A stretch of DNA of 64,000 nucleotides. It comes from Octopus bimaculoides (Eukaryota). The stretch is taken from assembly GCF_001194135.2 (NCBI RefSeq), contig NC_068991.1, positions 44,151,716 to 44,215,715 of the forward strand, given 5' to 3'. This document shows, piece after piece, positions 38,216-52,620 of this stretch. The notes below the pieces were generated by a model. It searched no databases and was not told the origin of the DNA. It saw only the letters and a program-made list of their open reading frames with translations. The stretch's first letter is position 1. Every line of letters begins with the position of its first letter. The translations under genes and the position numbers were made by a program.

Positions 38216-39421
38216 CATATAATAAATAGTTAATACAAAATCTGACATATTCTGTTCATTACACAGTTAACAAGCTAACCTCTGTGTGATCATCTACTCC
38301 ACTGAGAAATGCAACCAAATACTCCACAAATCACACTTCATCACCTGAGAAAAGAAAGATACAATTTACATAACAGCCCAAATGCATTGTTTGAAAAAAA
38401 TCAGATGGGATGGTCATGAATGAAATGTTTTGATTATAGGTCTGTTCCATTAGAGCTGACTTGGAGTTAAACAACGGCTACATCAAAGCAATACTGACAC
38501 AGCTGAACACTGCATGTTAGAATGTGTAAGTATAATTCCAGAAAAGACTTGATTTAACTTTGACATACATCTGGGCTGTGACACCCCTGGCTGCTCTTCA
38601 ATCATTTGATTGGCTGTCTGTGTGTCTTAGATGTTGAATAAAGCTGACTGAAGCGAAGCCACTCAACAGTGACATTAGCAGGCAACTTCTTGTTAAGTTT
38701 GGAGTAAATTAAAAGATAAGTTTTCTGTGTAATCTTTGAAGGCTATCATACATATTTATATAAGCTATCATTCCATTTGATTTGAGTTAGGCTTTAAGTA
38801 AAACTGACTCAGCCAAGAGGGCAAATTCATATATGTTGCAGCTTCTAAAGTTAGCAGCAGCAGCAGTTTGTTTCTAATATCCACACACTAGTACTATTAC
38901 TACTACTGTTGTTGCCATTAATACTAATAGTAGTATTGCAGCATCAATATCAGTAGCTGCAGTGACGGCAGTGGTGATGACCGCAGCGGTGGCAGCAGTG
39001 ATGTGTGTGTGTGTGTGTGTGTGGCAGCGATGGTGGTGGTAGCAGCAGCAGTAGTAGTTGTAGTAGTAGTAAAGTTTATTATGAAATATTGAAATTGGTC
39101 TCAGAAATCTCCAACTGCCTCATTGCAGTAACATAACACTTCTTTGTATTATGTCATATTGCTTAGATGTATGTGTATTTGTATGTATATGTGTACTTCA
39201 CATGAGTATATGTGGGGGTGGTATGTTTGTGATATATATATATATATATATACATACATACAATACATACATACAGACACACACACACACGTGCACACAC
39301 ACATACACACATTTGCCTACATGTGTTTGTCTTTCTTTCTACATATTAACATAAATGTATATATATGGTGCTCCAGCATGGTTGCACTCAAATGACTGAA
39401 ACAAATAAAAGAATAAAAATG

Positions 39422-39460
<39 letters not shown>

Positions 39461-40573
39461 ATAGGTTTTTATACCCTTATATGAGCACATGTTTGTGTGT
39501 TATTTTTATATCTATATTTATCTACGCATACACACGTATATAACTGACATACATACACATATACATAAATCATCTCTTATTACTATGCGCAAGGTCAATT
39601 TCATTAACAGGATGGGAGTATAGATTTTTATTTATTTAAATATATATATATATCTTATTAACTAATTTTGGCCTAAGTATAATACTGGTGAACTAAAAAG
39701 GAAGCATTTGCATTTGTCCTGATAAAAATAAGGGCGAAATCTCTCTGAAATCACATTCTGCCATCTTAAAGAGAAAAAGAAACGAAAAGAAAAAAAATCA
39801 CATTAGAAAGTTAGGGATGCACCATGTCTGAAAGAAAAGTGGGAATGCTTAGAATGCTTCTGATCATAGGTCTGCTTTTGTAGAGCTTACTTGAGGCTAA
39901 ATGATAATTGGTGCTTATTTTATTTACTGCTTCTTTTGACTAGAAGTTATAGACCTTTTTATATTGAAAAACAGTGTTTGTTCAACTGATATGATAATAT
40001 AACTATGAAGCTCTTTATTAAATGCCAAACGTTTCCCAGTGTACTTAAGACTAGTTGTTAAGATATTAAGATATGATTTCATGCAGATTTAGTCACCATT
40101 CCCAACAGGTCAAAAATCAGGGAAAAGCAGAATAAGTAAATAATAAATGCAAGCTTTGAGATCTGTTCTAGTCCCTAATCACCAACAAACTAACCTTTAC
40201 CTGATTACTTGACCTGCTAACAGAAGAAAAAGAAAACTAAGTTTTAACTTAAACACTGCTCTACAATCTTAAAAAGAGAAAGATGAATTTTTGATAAAAG
40301 TTCTGCTGTATTGTCAGAAAATAAGTTTGCATGATCATGCCTGGAACTTAGCTAATCATTCATTGGGTTGTAAGTTTGCATGAAATCATATCTTAATGAC
40401 TAGTCTTAAGTACACAGGGAAACACTTGGCATTTAATAAAGAGCTTCATAGTTATATTATCATATCAGTTGAGCAAAGTAGGATGTGGATAAAGGCTTGC
40501 AAATTTAGAGAGCAGAGTGAAATGATATGATGATCCTGGAATAAAAGGGTGAATGATGATTTTAATGACTTAA

Positions 40574-40791
40574 TCCTTTAGCATTTAAACAGGCCATATC
40601 CAGCCCAAATATTCTACCTGTTTTATGTTCAAACTAGCCAGATCTGGCTTCTCACCTTCCTGACAATGTCATTCTAAAAGTAAATGTTCATATCATTGAA
40701 ATCTTGAAGCTACAGGAAAATGCATGATTAATTCAAAACAATGTGAATAAATAAGTATTACTTTTGACAAAGTAATCTGAATGCTAAAGGT
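40574..40791. mobile_element. piggyBac-type MITE
   Basis: TTAA|tCCTTTAGCATT ... AATGCTAAAGGt terminal inverted repeats. Confidence 0.7.
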
Positions 40792-40936
40792 CTAGACCTT
40801 TTTATACCAAGTAGGGATTGTAAAGGTATTATGAACCATGGATGTGCATCTGCATTGAAGAAAGTAATGTCTTTAATTTTACAGATTCATAAGTATACAA
40901 CTTGTCTTAAATTTCAGTTTTGATTTTAAGGCTTTA

Positions 40937-41156
40937 CCCTTTCATTACTGTATTTATTTTGAGATGCTTTGTGTTTCTTTCAATTACTTTAAATATAACA
41001 AAGAATTTATTAAAATAACTTAGTTATCATTAAGCCAGTGTTAGGAACATAAATTGTGACTAAGGTTTGGGGGAAGATTTTAATTCAAAACTTATGAAAA
41101 CAAGACATTTGTACTCAGAGCCAGAGCCGGTTTCAGCCGGTTTGGTAACGAAAGGG
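40937..41156. mobile_element. piggyBac-type MITE, second family
   Basis: TTTA|CCCTTTCATTAC ... GTAACGAAAGGG|TTAA. Confidence 0.7.
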
Positions 41157-44100
41157 TTAAACCATATTTTACATTTTTCTTTTCTTTTTTTTTTGTAAGG
41201 GTTTTCATCTGTAATGTGTATAATGACATAGTGACTAAATATACTTGTTGGACAATATGTTTCTGAAATGCTTGCAGTTCTGACTCAAGAATAAGCATTG
41301 AAAAACAAAGATTGACATCATTAACCAAGTGAACCAAGGAAGGAAGTTCTACATGGTTGCACATCTTGCAAACAACATCAGCCAAATAATCTTCAAATCA
41401 CATCCTAACCTCTTATTAGATAATGTGACCCGAGACAGATTATGTCAGGAAAGAGAAAAGACAGGGTGGTCATGACAAGAACAGTTTTGATCCTTCATCT
41501 GTTCAATTAGAACCAGCTTGGAGCTAAAGAACAGCAACAACAACTAATATATAAATTAACTTTATTAACATATGGAGGATGTATTTTTGTATGACTGATG
41601 AAAATTCATAATGAATTAGGAGAATATCTACCTTGTGATAAATATCCTGTGTATGATGAGTTAAATGAGGAAGGGACGGTTGCTCATCAGCCATCCTGTG
41701 CACACACACACACACACAAGCACGCACACACATTTATACATGCACACAGCTCACATAAAGCAAGATAACTTCCTCATTTCCTCCCTCCAGTCTCAGAACA
41801 CCAAAAAGAGGTCATGGGCACTGCCCTTCCTTTTCTGACAAAACCATTAAAAAGAATGAATACAAACAGGCAACTCTTGGATTAAGCTGAATACTGGAGT
41901 GACTTCTCCAGACTTACAAGAAGAGTTGAATTCAGAATTACATACCACTTGTTAATAAAGAAATCCTGCCATTTCCCAAAGCAAGAATTATTTTTTACAC
42001 TTCAAAATACATTTTCAGCATGTACAGAACTATTTGAGAGTTACATGTCTTGGCTAGAGACATAATACCCCACACAATAATTAGAATCAGATATGATTCA
42101 TTGTTCACCCATACTTCCATATCTGTCTAGCTATTTATCTGTTTGTATATCAATTTATTTATCTATCTACATACATATGATTGTACATGTGTATGTGTTT
42201 TAATAAAGAAAGCTGCTTATTAATTAGTGTTGAGTATGTAATCTTTTACTTAAAAAAGCAATTATTAAATTCTACAGTCTACAAAATTTCAATTCTAATA
42301 CATTTTTATCAAAATGTGATTATTGAAGATTTCAACCACACACTAAGCAGAAAACTAATTTTTATTCACCTTGATGTATGTTTTTTAACATCTTACATTT
42401 TACCTCCTTTCTTTTACTGTTTCCCTGCAATGATGTCTGTCTGTCTGTCCGTGTCTCTTTCTATCTCCTCCTTGTTTACTGCCTCTATTCCTATTAGTCT
42501 TTCTATTTCTATATAGCTCATTTTCATCTCCATCATTTTCTTTTTTCAACATCTTTTCTTTGTCTTTTCTCTCTCTCATTGGGCTCCTTCCCTTGTTATT
42601 TCATTTAATATTTTTGGTTTTTTTCCTTGCACACATTCCTTTTCATTCTTTGTAATGCTCTCACTCTCTCTTTTTCCCTGTCTGTCCGTCTTTGTCTCTG
42701 TCTGTCTGTCTCTCTCTCTCTATTGCTTATATTCAATTATTTTCATTAAAAATAAGTGATTATGCAAAGTTTTTCTTTACATTATTTACATTTGATGGAT
42801 ATTTGTCTGTCAAATGTAAGTAATGTAAATTATGTACATAATTCCTCATCTCTTAAATATAGAACTAATTTTTTCTTTGATGTACTTGAAGATTATTTGT
42901 GAATGGTCTTACCAAATATTTCTTTATCATATAAAGTTTATAAAGCTTCACAAACTGTTACTCTGAATTTCATGTAATCAACCATCAGAGAGATGTGAAT
43001 GTTATGAACAATGAAATAGATCTTAAATGGTATTAAACTATGTAATAAGCATTATTTAACAATAATCAAATATTCAAGTACCATCTCATCTACCTTCTTT
43101 TACATGTATGCGCTCACATATCTATTCATAAATAAAGCACCACCACCACCATCATCATCATCCTCATCATCGTTGTCATTTTTAACATGCACTTTCCCGT
43201 GCAGACATAGGTCAGATGTAATTTAGGGCAGATTTTCCATGGCCCAGTGTTCTTCCTTTCCTGTTTCCTCTTCCTTCTTCCCTACTTATCATCCCTCATT
43301 CCTTGCTCTTCATTATATTTACCCGCTCACCCATTCCCTATCTCTAATTGACTCTCACTCTCTATACACTCTTGCAAACTCTAACCACTCACACTTTCTG
43401 TTCTCTTGTCCTTACTCACTTCTTATCTTGAAGATCCACTCTGACATATCATCGCTCCTATTTCTATCTCTTTCCAGCTCTAATTTTGCACCTCCTACAC
43501 TAGCTCCTTAGTATGTGTAACCAGGTAGCTCCTCTATGGCAAGAAACCTGTTCTATTGTGGGCCCCTCCTCTCACACAAAACCCCTTCATCCCCTAGTGT
43601 AAAGCTATCTTTTGCTACTGTAGTATCACTCAGTGGATGGAATTTTAGTCTTGCAGCCTGCATGATGACCTCACTAGTGCTGGAGCCATGAAAAAAGCAC
43701 TCACTACATGCTATAAAGTGACTGGTGTTAGGAAAGGCAGCAGGTGTAGAAACCATGCCAATGCAAACATTGAAGCATCATGTAGCCTTTGTATACATCA
43801 GACCAGAATGGGTTTGATCATAAATAATGATGATAATAAATACTTAAGGATTCTGTGCACTGAATAAATGATAGGAAGAAAAATATTATCATTAATTGAA
43901 ATAGCCCTTTATTTTCATTGTTACAATGTAAGATACAACTTCTTTGAGTTGTTATACACAAATTATTTGTTGTTCTGTTATCCAGTCTATAGGTAGTTAA
44001 ATCCATATGTTGATGGCTAGAAGACTGATAGAAAGAGGAGAGAGAGAAAGAGTAAAAGAGTAAAAGAATCTCAAGGCTGACAGGTAGATAGGGTGAAAGT

Positions 44101-44485
44101 TGTATTGTTGTGTGATAACAATCCATTAGTGAAGAAACAAAAATAGATGTTTTTTTTAGCTAGGAGCCAAGTGACCAGAGAAATAGAACCGATTTTGGGT
44201 TCTGTATTTATATTTTTTTCTAACTAAATTAGGTCAGGCTATCTTTCTAAACCCTATTTGACCTAGGAACGTTAACTTAAGCAACAGAACTTAACTGTGA
44301 CAGTTGACTCTCATAAATTTCTACTTGCAAAAGCCAAGAACAATTGGGAGAGAGCATGTAGAAAAATGTAGATTCGATCTCAAATTTTGGCTTAGAATCT
44401 AAGAAGCTATTCATTACATATATGTGTGTGTGTGTGTATGTATATACACACACACATACATACATATCTATATATATATATGTGC

Positions 44486-44521
<36 letters not shown>

Positions 44522-44705
44522 ATGCATAAATATATATGTGAGTGTGTATATATATATGTGTGTGTGTGTGTGTGTATATTTATGTATGTATGTATATGTA
44601 TTCTCCATGTATATATATATATGTGTATATATATATATGTTTATACACATGTGTACATATACATATGTATGTATATATATATTTATGTGTATATCTGTAT
44701 ATGTA

Positions 44706-44766
<61 letters not shown>

Positions 44767-44779
44767 ATGCAAATGGAGA

Positions 44780-45030
44780 ACACATGAGGTTTTTCGAGCG
44801 AGATGAGCGTGGCCGTTGCCAGTACTGCCTGACTGGCCTTCGTGCGGGTGACACGTAAAAGCACCCACTACACTCTCTGAGTGGTTGGCGTTAGGAAGGG
44901 CATCCAGCTGTAGAAACTCTGCCAAATCAGATTGGAGTCTGGTGTAGCCATCTGGTTTCACCAGTCCTCAGTCAAATCGTCCAACCCATGCTAGCATGGA
45001 AAGCGGACGTTAAACGACGACGACGACAAT
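44780..45030 (+). mobile_element. Young RTE 3'-UTR-type repeat (second copy at 45375-45580; others about 43620, 53240, 62520)
   Basis: Near-identical to the RTE tail; ends aaacgacgacgac. Confidence 0.9.
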
Positions 45031-45770
45031 ATATATATATATATATTTGTGCATATGTTAATATTGAACAATGAGAATGAGTGCTCAACACTGCCTTGGT
45101 GGATAAAGATTCTTTATGTATGGGTTAAGGCTACCATTGGTTTCATACTAATTATCAAGACTGCCACATGGAACATCAGCTTACACCAATGCTTCATGTG
45201 ACATGGCTCATAATTATTAAAGGATTCCTCTCTTAACCATGGTAGTCTTGATATCCTCTTTCTTTTCTTTCCTGAGTGTCCAATAACACTGTACTTATTC
45301 CACGTCCCCGCATTGTTTTTTCTTGCTTGTTCATGTTGAAATTGACTATATATATATATATATATACACACCATTTTGAGCGTGGCTGTTGCCAGTACCA
45401 CCTGACTGGCCTTCGTGCCGGTGGCACGTAAAAGCACCCACTACACTCTCGGAGTGGTTGGCGTTAGGAAGGGCATCCAGCTGTAGAAACTCTGCCAAAT
45501 CAGATTGGAGACTGGTGTAGCCATCTGGTCCACCAGTCCTTGGTCAAATCGTCCAACCCATGGAAACGATGATGATGATATATATATATGTATATAATCC
45601 AACCCAGTAAGGGATAATATCTATCCAATATACTGCTGGGAGGGTACCCAATTATTATTACACTAGTGTTTTTACCAAGTGCAATAAATGGGTGTGGGTA
45701 AAAGGAGGTTTTACCCTAAATTTATATAGCAATAAGAAAATAGAGGGGAATATGTGATACTCATCAACTT

Positions 45771-46103
45771 GCAGACACTGTACTATGTTAATTAACCTGT
45801 TTATTTTTCAACCAAAAGGACAATAATGACAATATACAAACACATATGACACACTATGTTATATCAACAATTAAAAATTCAAAAGGATATCTAGTGACCG
45901 AAGAAGGGACAGTCTTACAGCTGTTTTGGCCTAGGGTGGCATGCCCCATTCTATCTATATAACTCAGACTTTGTCCCTTCTTCGGTCACTAGATGTCCTT
46001 TTGAATTTTTAATTGTTGATATAACATAGTGTGTCATGTATATTTGTATATAGTCTTTTTGGTTGAAAAATAAACAGGTTAATTAACATAGTACAGTGTC
46101 TGC
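45771..46103. repeat. Long inverted repeat (arms 45771-45911 and 45972-46103)
   Basis: Arms are reverse-complementary with small indels; 60-nt spacer. Confidence 0.95.
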
Positions 46104-46700
46104 NNNNNNNNNNTATATATATATATATATGCATATATCTTTTATATTTTATCTTATTTTTTAGTCATTGGACTGTTGCCATGCTGGGGCACCGCCTAAA
46201 AGGATATTAGTTGAATGAATCGACCCCAGTACATTCTTCTTTAAATCTCTGGTATTCTATCCGTCACTTTTATGTGTGAAAACAGACACATATAGAAGTG
46301 AATGATTACATAGAGATCCTGACTTATCGACGTACGATATCTAGTTTGTGGCTTCATATACTGAGTTCAAATCACACTGAAGTCAATAAAGTACTCTAAA
46401 GCAAATGATTTGATGCATACATACACGCCTGCCTACCTTTCTATCTATCTATAAAACTTCTTTTAAGCTATCAATAGAATGGCAGTAGCTATTTAATCAA
46501 TATATGGTCAAGCCAGTGTCGTATCTGTTGACTTATTAAAAATGGCCATAATCGCTTTTAAAAAATAGAACACTAATATACATAACGTGTGAGTCAATGT
46601 ATTTTATATTAGCTATCAAATACACTTCGAGAATGTAAATAGGATGTCATTGTAGATATTTTTTGTAGCCCTCTCTCTCTCAGTGCATATGTATGTAAGC

Positions 46701-46738
<38 letters not shown>

Positions 46739-46763
46739 GTATGTACGTACGTATATGTATGCA

Positions 46764-46824
<61 letters not shown>

Positions 46825-47122
46825 AAATGAATTTATATAGATATATTCACATATACAAACTTGTATATATACATACATATACACATGTGTATATATATGA
46901 ATATATATATAATGTATATATCGTAAATACATTATATATAAATACGTAATATATATATATATTATACACGTTTCTATTAAATATATAATCACTGTCAGAT
47001 AAAGCGAGCAAGTCATAACTTCGAAGTCACTTATAACTTTTCCTTGTAAAAATACTGAGTAATCCTTCGGTTTAATGATAAATTATTTCGAGACATAACT
47101 TGACATTTAATCAAATATTAAT

Positions 47123-47221
<99 letters not shown>

Positions 47222-47481
47222 ATGTATGTAGGTATGTACAGACATATTAAAGACGAATATACTTCCCCTCCCGTACGTCCAGAGGTCAAATTCTGTTTAC
47301 CGTAATTTTTTGATAATCTAATTCCACCCGTACAGTAGAGATCTCAAGTCTAGTTTATGTTCGATTTGAACTGCTTCGTAAAGGTCGCCAACATTTCAAA
47401 TGTCTATTTCCCTGCTTCATTAGAATTCTTTGGTTCCTTATGTAGAAAACTGAATTTTCTTTAACGGTAGAGCCAACTTAC

Positions 47482-47512
47482 TATCTTCGGTAATCTTTGG
47501 GAAATCCTCCAT
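47482..47512 (-). CDS. Candidate first coding exon MEDFPKITED
   Basis: aatATGG start, perfect gtaagt donor, inside CpG island. Confidence 0.3.
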
Positions 47513-48523
47513 ATTAATTCACTAATAAACTAATGATGCCACGAAATAGGACCGAATAGTTATTGACAAATAAGGTTTCATTAAATGTGTTAATGCAAGG
47601 TTTACATACACATATACACAAACACACATATATATATGTAATGTGCACAAATAAGTACACACACACACACATACATAGCACATGTGTATGCACATGCACA
47701 TATAAATAAATTTATACATACATATGCATGCGTGTGTTTATGTTATTATGTCTCTGTGTGCGCGCGCGTATCACTTCACCATGAAAATGTTTGCATTTAA
47801 TTGATGAAAGTCTTTTATAATTCTGGAAGACATATTCTCTTTCAGTTACGGTGAAAATCGAGCAACTGTTTTCACTTGTGCGTCCTATTCAGCAGTGTAG
47901 TTCTTTCCACTAATAGCCAGTAGGGCACCATATTTTGGGGAGCGCCTGTTGGTTTCCACGAGACGACTGTTACTTTTAACAAGCACTTCTCCTAAACTGG
48001 TTTCGTCTAATCATTTCACGTTACTTTATACTGTTTATTACTCTCAAATGATTTTTTTTAGATCAATATTTCTTCCTTCACTTTCCCTCTTTCTACCTGA
48101 CTTCTCACCAACACCCACTTATCTAGTATTTCTTTCTAAATTGAAGCACGTCCACCCGTTTATCTTTCTTTCTGTTTATAACAGACTTGTCTTGTCTAGC
48201 TCTACCTCCATTCATGTATCTATTTGGATTGTTGATCTTATACACACGTACATACTTACATATACTTGTGTGTATATGCAAACACATAAATACTGTATAC
48301 ATTGCCAAATGCCACAGCCGGCGCGAAACCGACGGTAACCTAACCAGTTATATGCCGTAACAAGTAATATATTGCTTGGCGTTTTATAAACTGTTACTCA
48401 TATTGAGTGTCATACATGTTTATATATACATGTATGCTTATATATATTTATATATTCAACTATATATATACATTTATATACGCATGTAAATACACGTACA
48501 TGCACACACATAAATATATATAC

Positions 48524-48565
48524 TTAAGAGCCGAGAGTTTCGTGTACGAAACTCTCAGCCCTTGA
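48524..48565. repeat. TTAA-flanked palindrome
   Basis: TTAA GAGCCGAGAGTTTCGT GT ACGAAACTCTCAGCCC TTGA; 16/18 arm match. Confidence 0.85.
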
Positions 48566-49398
48566 GTCACTAACTTCTACCGATTATTAATTAAAAGTGT
48601 ATATATACTCATGCTTTGAGTTCTATTTCCGTTCACACCATCAGACATATATATATATGTATATATACACACACATATATATATCTCTCTTTTGCGGTCT
48701 TTTGACGATCTGGGTTGTCATTAAATATTTCTCTAAACGTCTTTCTCGTTCCTTTCCACCACCGACACCCTAAATAAACATTAACTTCTATTCTTTATCC
48801 TTTCGTCTATATTTTTTTCTTTCTTTCTCTATAATTCCCTCCTAGTATCTTTTATTTCCTGGTCGTCTACTTCACGTTATCTTTCAATTTCCTGCCGCCA
48901 TTTACATATTTTTTCTCTTCTCTTTTACACTTCCCATATTTCTGTCAGGTTCTCTTTGCACGTTTTAAAACTAACCGTTTCCTTTCCACTATCTCAATAT
49001 CAAACCATATATGTATATATATAATTTGCAAATTCTCCTCGTGAAAGGACGTTTTATCATCTTTTTCTCATAGTTCTACCCACAATCCATAATTACTAGA
49101 AATTAGTGCATCAATGATTGTAATGATTAAAAAAATCTTACGCATACGTATATATAAATACACTAAACGTCTAAATACATACACAGAGGTGTGTATAAAA
49201 GTATCTTTATATATATACTATACACAAATATAAATGATTGATGCCATTGATTCTGAATAGAGTGAACAAAATATCCATAGTAGCATAAAATGTCGAATAT
49301 AAAATAAACGACAAATTATAGAAATCATTGAGGTTTAAAAAATCCAACTAGCATGTCTGACGACTAGCGAGTTATCAGTATCTCGTCAGTCCAAAACT

Positions 49399-49409
49399 AT
49401 GCCGAGTTC
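49399..49409 (+). CDS. Candidate first coding exon MPS(S)
   Basis: actATG context, perfect gtaagt donor; phase 2 joins exon 63949 in frame. Confidence 0.3.
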
Positions 49410-49459
49410 GTAAGTGAAGCGAAAGAGCGACTGCTACACAGCTGCTGTGCTGTTTCATT

Positions 49460-49555
49460 GATGATGTCATATTAGTGCAGCAGCAACCAATCAAAGACGT
49501 TGCTTCTCAGATTACACACGAAACTAGCAAGCTAACTTTAGCCGCCATCTTGGCT
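49460..49555. promoter_or_regulatory. Promoter motif cluster: ATF/CRE-like, CCAAT box, YY1
   Basis: TGATGTCA 49462-49469, CCAATCA 49487-49493, GCCGCCATCTTG 49541-49552 in a CpG island. Confidence 0.6.
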
Positions 49556-49996
49556 CGACGCGTTCGCCTTGAGAAAAGATTACCACCGCACGCATACAGA
49601 TACACACTGATACCGCACAGACACATTCATACATGCACACATACATACTCACATACATTTACACTGTCGTGCAGAGAAGTACGACGACAACGTCACATTC
49701 ATACATACACATACGTACACACCCGAACTCGCACGCACGCTTATAGAGTCAAGTGCGTTACCGACGTACACACACACACACTCCCCACACATACACAGAC
49801 GTTCAATTGAAGCGGAGGCTTACGCGGATCGCATCGCATGATGAAGTGGGATTTGCAATTTATTCGCTGACAGATTCCAGGAGTAATGGAGGAAAGGCCG
49901 ACATTTCCCTCTAGATTCTTTGAGAAACGCTGAGATGAAATTCCCCCTACAAACTCCGTGAGGGATTATATATATATACACGCAGATAAATAATAT

Positions 49997-50049
<53 letters not shown>

Positions 50050-50437
50050 TCAGCTATATATATGTGTGTGTGTGTGTAATAATAGTAATAATAATAATAA
50101 TAATAATTATTATTTTTTCTTGAATCACGGAGAAGGTTGCATTTTCTTTCTAAACAGCTAAATGCCTTCCTCTAGCACACTGTACCTCAGTCCACACCTA
50201 CTGGACCGAGCTTCTTTCACTGACCTATTTCCTTCTCCTCAGAAGGAATATCTAACAGAACCACTGGTGATACTATTTGCTGGATAATATAAAATTTACA
50301 GAAACCAAACCAGAAAAAAAGAATAGGAAAGAAAACCATCTCCATTCAAGAACAACAGCAAGAAGGACAAATTTACACCAACACCACGAACCCTTCTCGT
50401 TAACGTTTCGGATCATTATCAATTTAATCTATAAAGG

Positions 50438-50488
<51 letters not shown>

Positions 50489-51416
50489 GATGTGTATGTC
50501 GTATACATACATATATACCGCATGTATTATATGTATATAAAACAATAAACAATCCAACCAATTTCCCCACCAAAAAAAGGGGAAAAAGCAAAAAAAAAAG
50601 AAATAATAATAATAACCATCACCCCTTCCTTTTCCGCCACAAATACCAAGCTTAAAAAAAAGAAAAGGTGGAGGGTTGAGTGTGTGGTTATTTATTTTTT
50701 TAATTTTTAATATTGTAAACTGGCCATTTATGTGTTGGTAAAGAAAGAGATAGGTGTCTGGTGTGGAAATACCTGATTCTGTTGTGTGTAAATTTGCTCG
50801 CACTCACACAGTGTGTGTGTGTTTGTATGAGTGTATGTGTGTGTGTAATATATTAGCTATTCAACATGTCTACCAGACCCCTTTTACAGACGGTACACGA
50901 GTCGGTGTCAGTTGATCATCATGTAAGTAATATCTACAATATATAATAAAATCAGTATTAATAATAATGCCATACAATCACATACACTCAATCACAAACA
51001 GATTATATACACACATATATATATGCACATGTACTTAGACGCACGCAAAAACATCTTTCTTTTTATATATATATTTTTCTACGCATACGCTTACTCATAG
51101 ACAGATTAACACGAAACTTTTTATATACATAAATATCTTTTTTACTCCAAATATGTGTGTGTATCTATGTATAATGCATGGTTGGTGCACTTGCTCTTTG
51201 AGAGATTTTGTTTTATGGAGGTGATTAAACACACACATAATAATGAACACACATACACGCTCTTTAATGACATAGATTTCAGATTTTATATTAGTACCGA
51301 ATATATGATGAAATTATGTATGAATAGCACACACACGATTTTATATGCTTATAGACACGCGCAAAGAATACACATTCGATTATATATACTTACAAATACC
51401 AGTGTGTGTGTGTGTG

Positions 51417-51467
<51 letters not shown>

Positions 51468-51748
51468 GCACACACATGCGCACGCATGACGTACACATAC
51501 ATTTTAATACCTAATATTTCTGATTTCATGAAACATACACACTCCTATTGATGTATATTCTTTTATAATTTATTTCAAACCATACTCTGCGTTTGGTAAT
51601 TATTTGTGAAACGAAATATTGTGTGTATATGTCTATGTGTGTGTGTGTGTGTGTGTGCTATGTACTATTTCTATCTAGTTGATATATATTCACTGTATTT
51701 AGACACATTTATTTTTTGTATATCTATCACGATCACATAACAGCGTGT

Positions 51749-51845
<97 letters not shown>

Positions 51846-51949
51846 ATATGTGTGTGTGTGTGTGTGTGTGCATACTTGTATAGGCATCTGTAAAAAGATC
51901 GGTGTGTGTATCTGTTACATGTGTGCATATCTATCAATATATTATATCT

Positions 51950-52620
51950 CAATAAGAGGTGTATGTATCTGAATATGGATGTGTGTATCTCAGAATATAG
52001 ATGTCTGTCTGCGAATATAGGTGTGTGTGTATGTACCTGTAAATATAGGTGTGTGTGTGTACCTGTGAATATGGGTGTGTGTATGTACCTGCGAATATGG
52101 GTGCGTGTGTATGTATCTGAATATGGGTGAGTATGTGTGTACCTGTGAATATGGGTGTGTGTGTACACCTGTGAATGTGTGTACCTGCGAATATAGGCGA
52201 GTGTGTGTGTGTACCTGCAAATATAGGTGGGTGAGTGTGTGTACCTGCGGATATAGGTGGGTGAGTGTGTACCTGCGGATATAGGTGGGTGAGTGTGTAC
52301 CTGCGAATATAGGTGGGTGAGTGTGTACCTGCGAATATAGGTGAATGTGTGTGTGTACCTGCGAATATAGGTGAGTGTGTGTGTACCTGTGAATATAGGT
52401 GTGTGTGTACCTGCGTATATGAGTGGGTGTGTGTACCTGTGTATGTGTACTTCTGAATATAGGTGTGTGTGTATACCTGTGAATATAGGTAGTGTGTGTG
52501 TGTACCGGTGAATATACCTGTGTCTATGTACCTGTGAATTTAGTTGTGTGTGTGTGTGTTCGTGCCTTTCAATGGAGATGCAAGTATGTACTTTCGAATG
52601 ATGTGTGTGTAACTGAATAT
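51950..52620. repeat. Minisatellite, about 20-28-bp unit (GT)nACCTGYGAATATAG
   Basis: More than 20 tandem variant units. Confidence 0.95.

Noticed and set aside
41092-41385. 97-aa minus ORF MADVVCKMCNHVELPSL...
   Set aside because: The N-terminal part lies inside the abundant unclassified repeat and the acceptor is weak
51950-52620. CRISPR-like array
   Set aside because: No unique spacers, eukaryotic context, no cas genes
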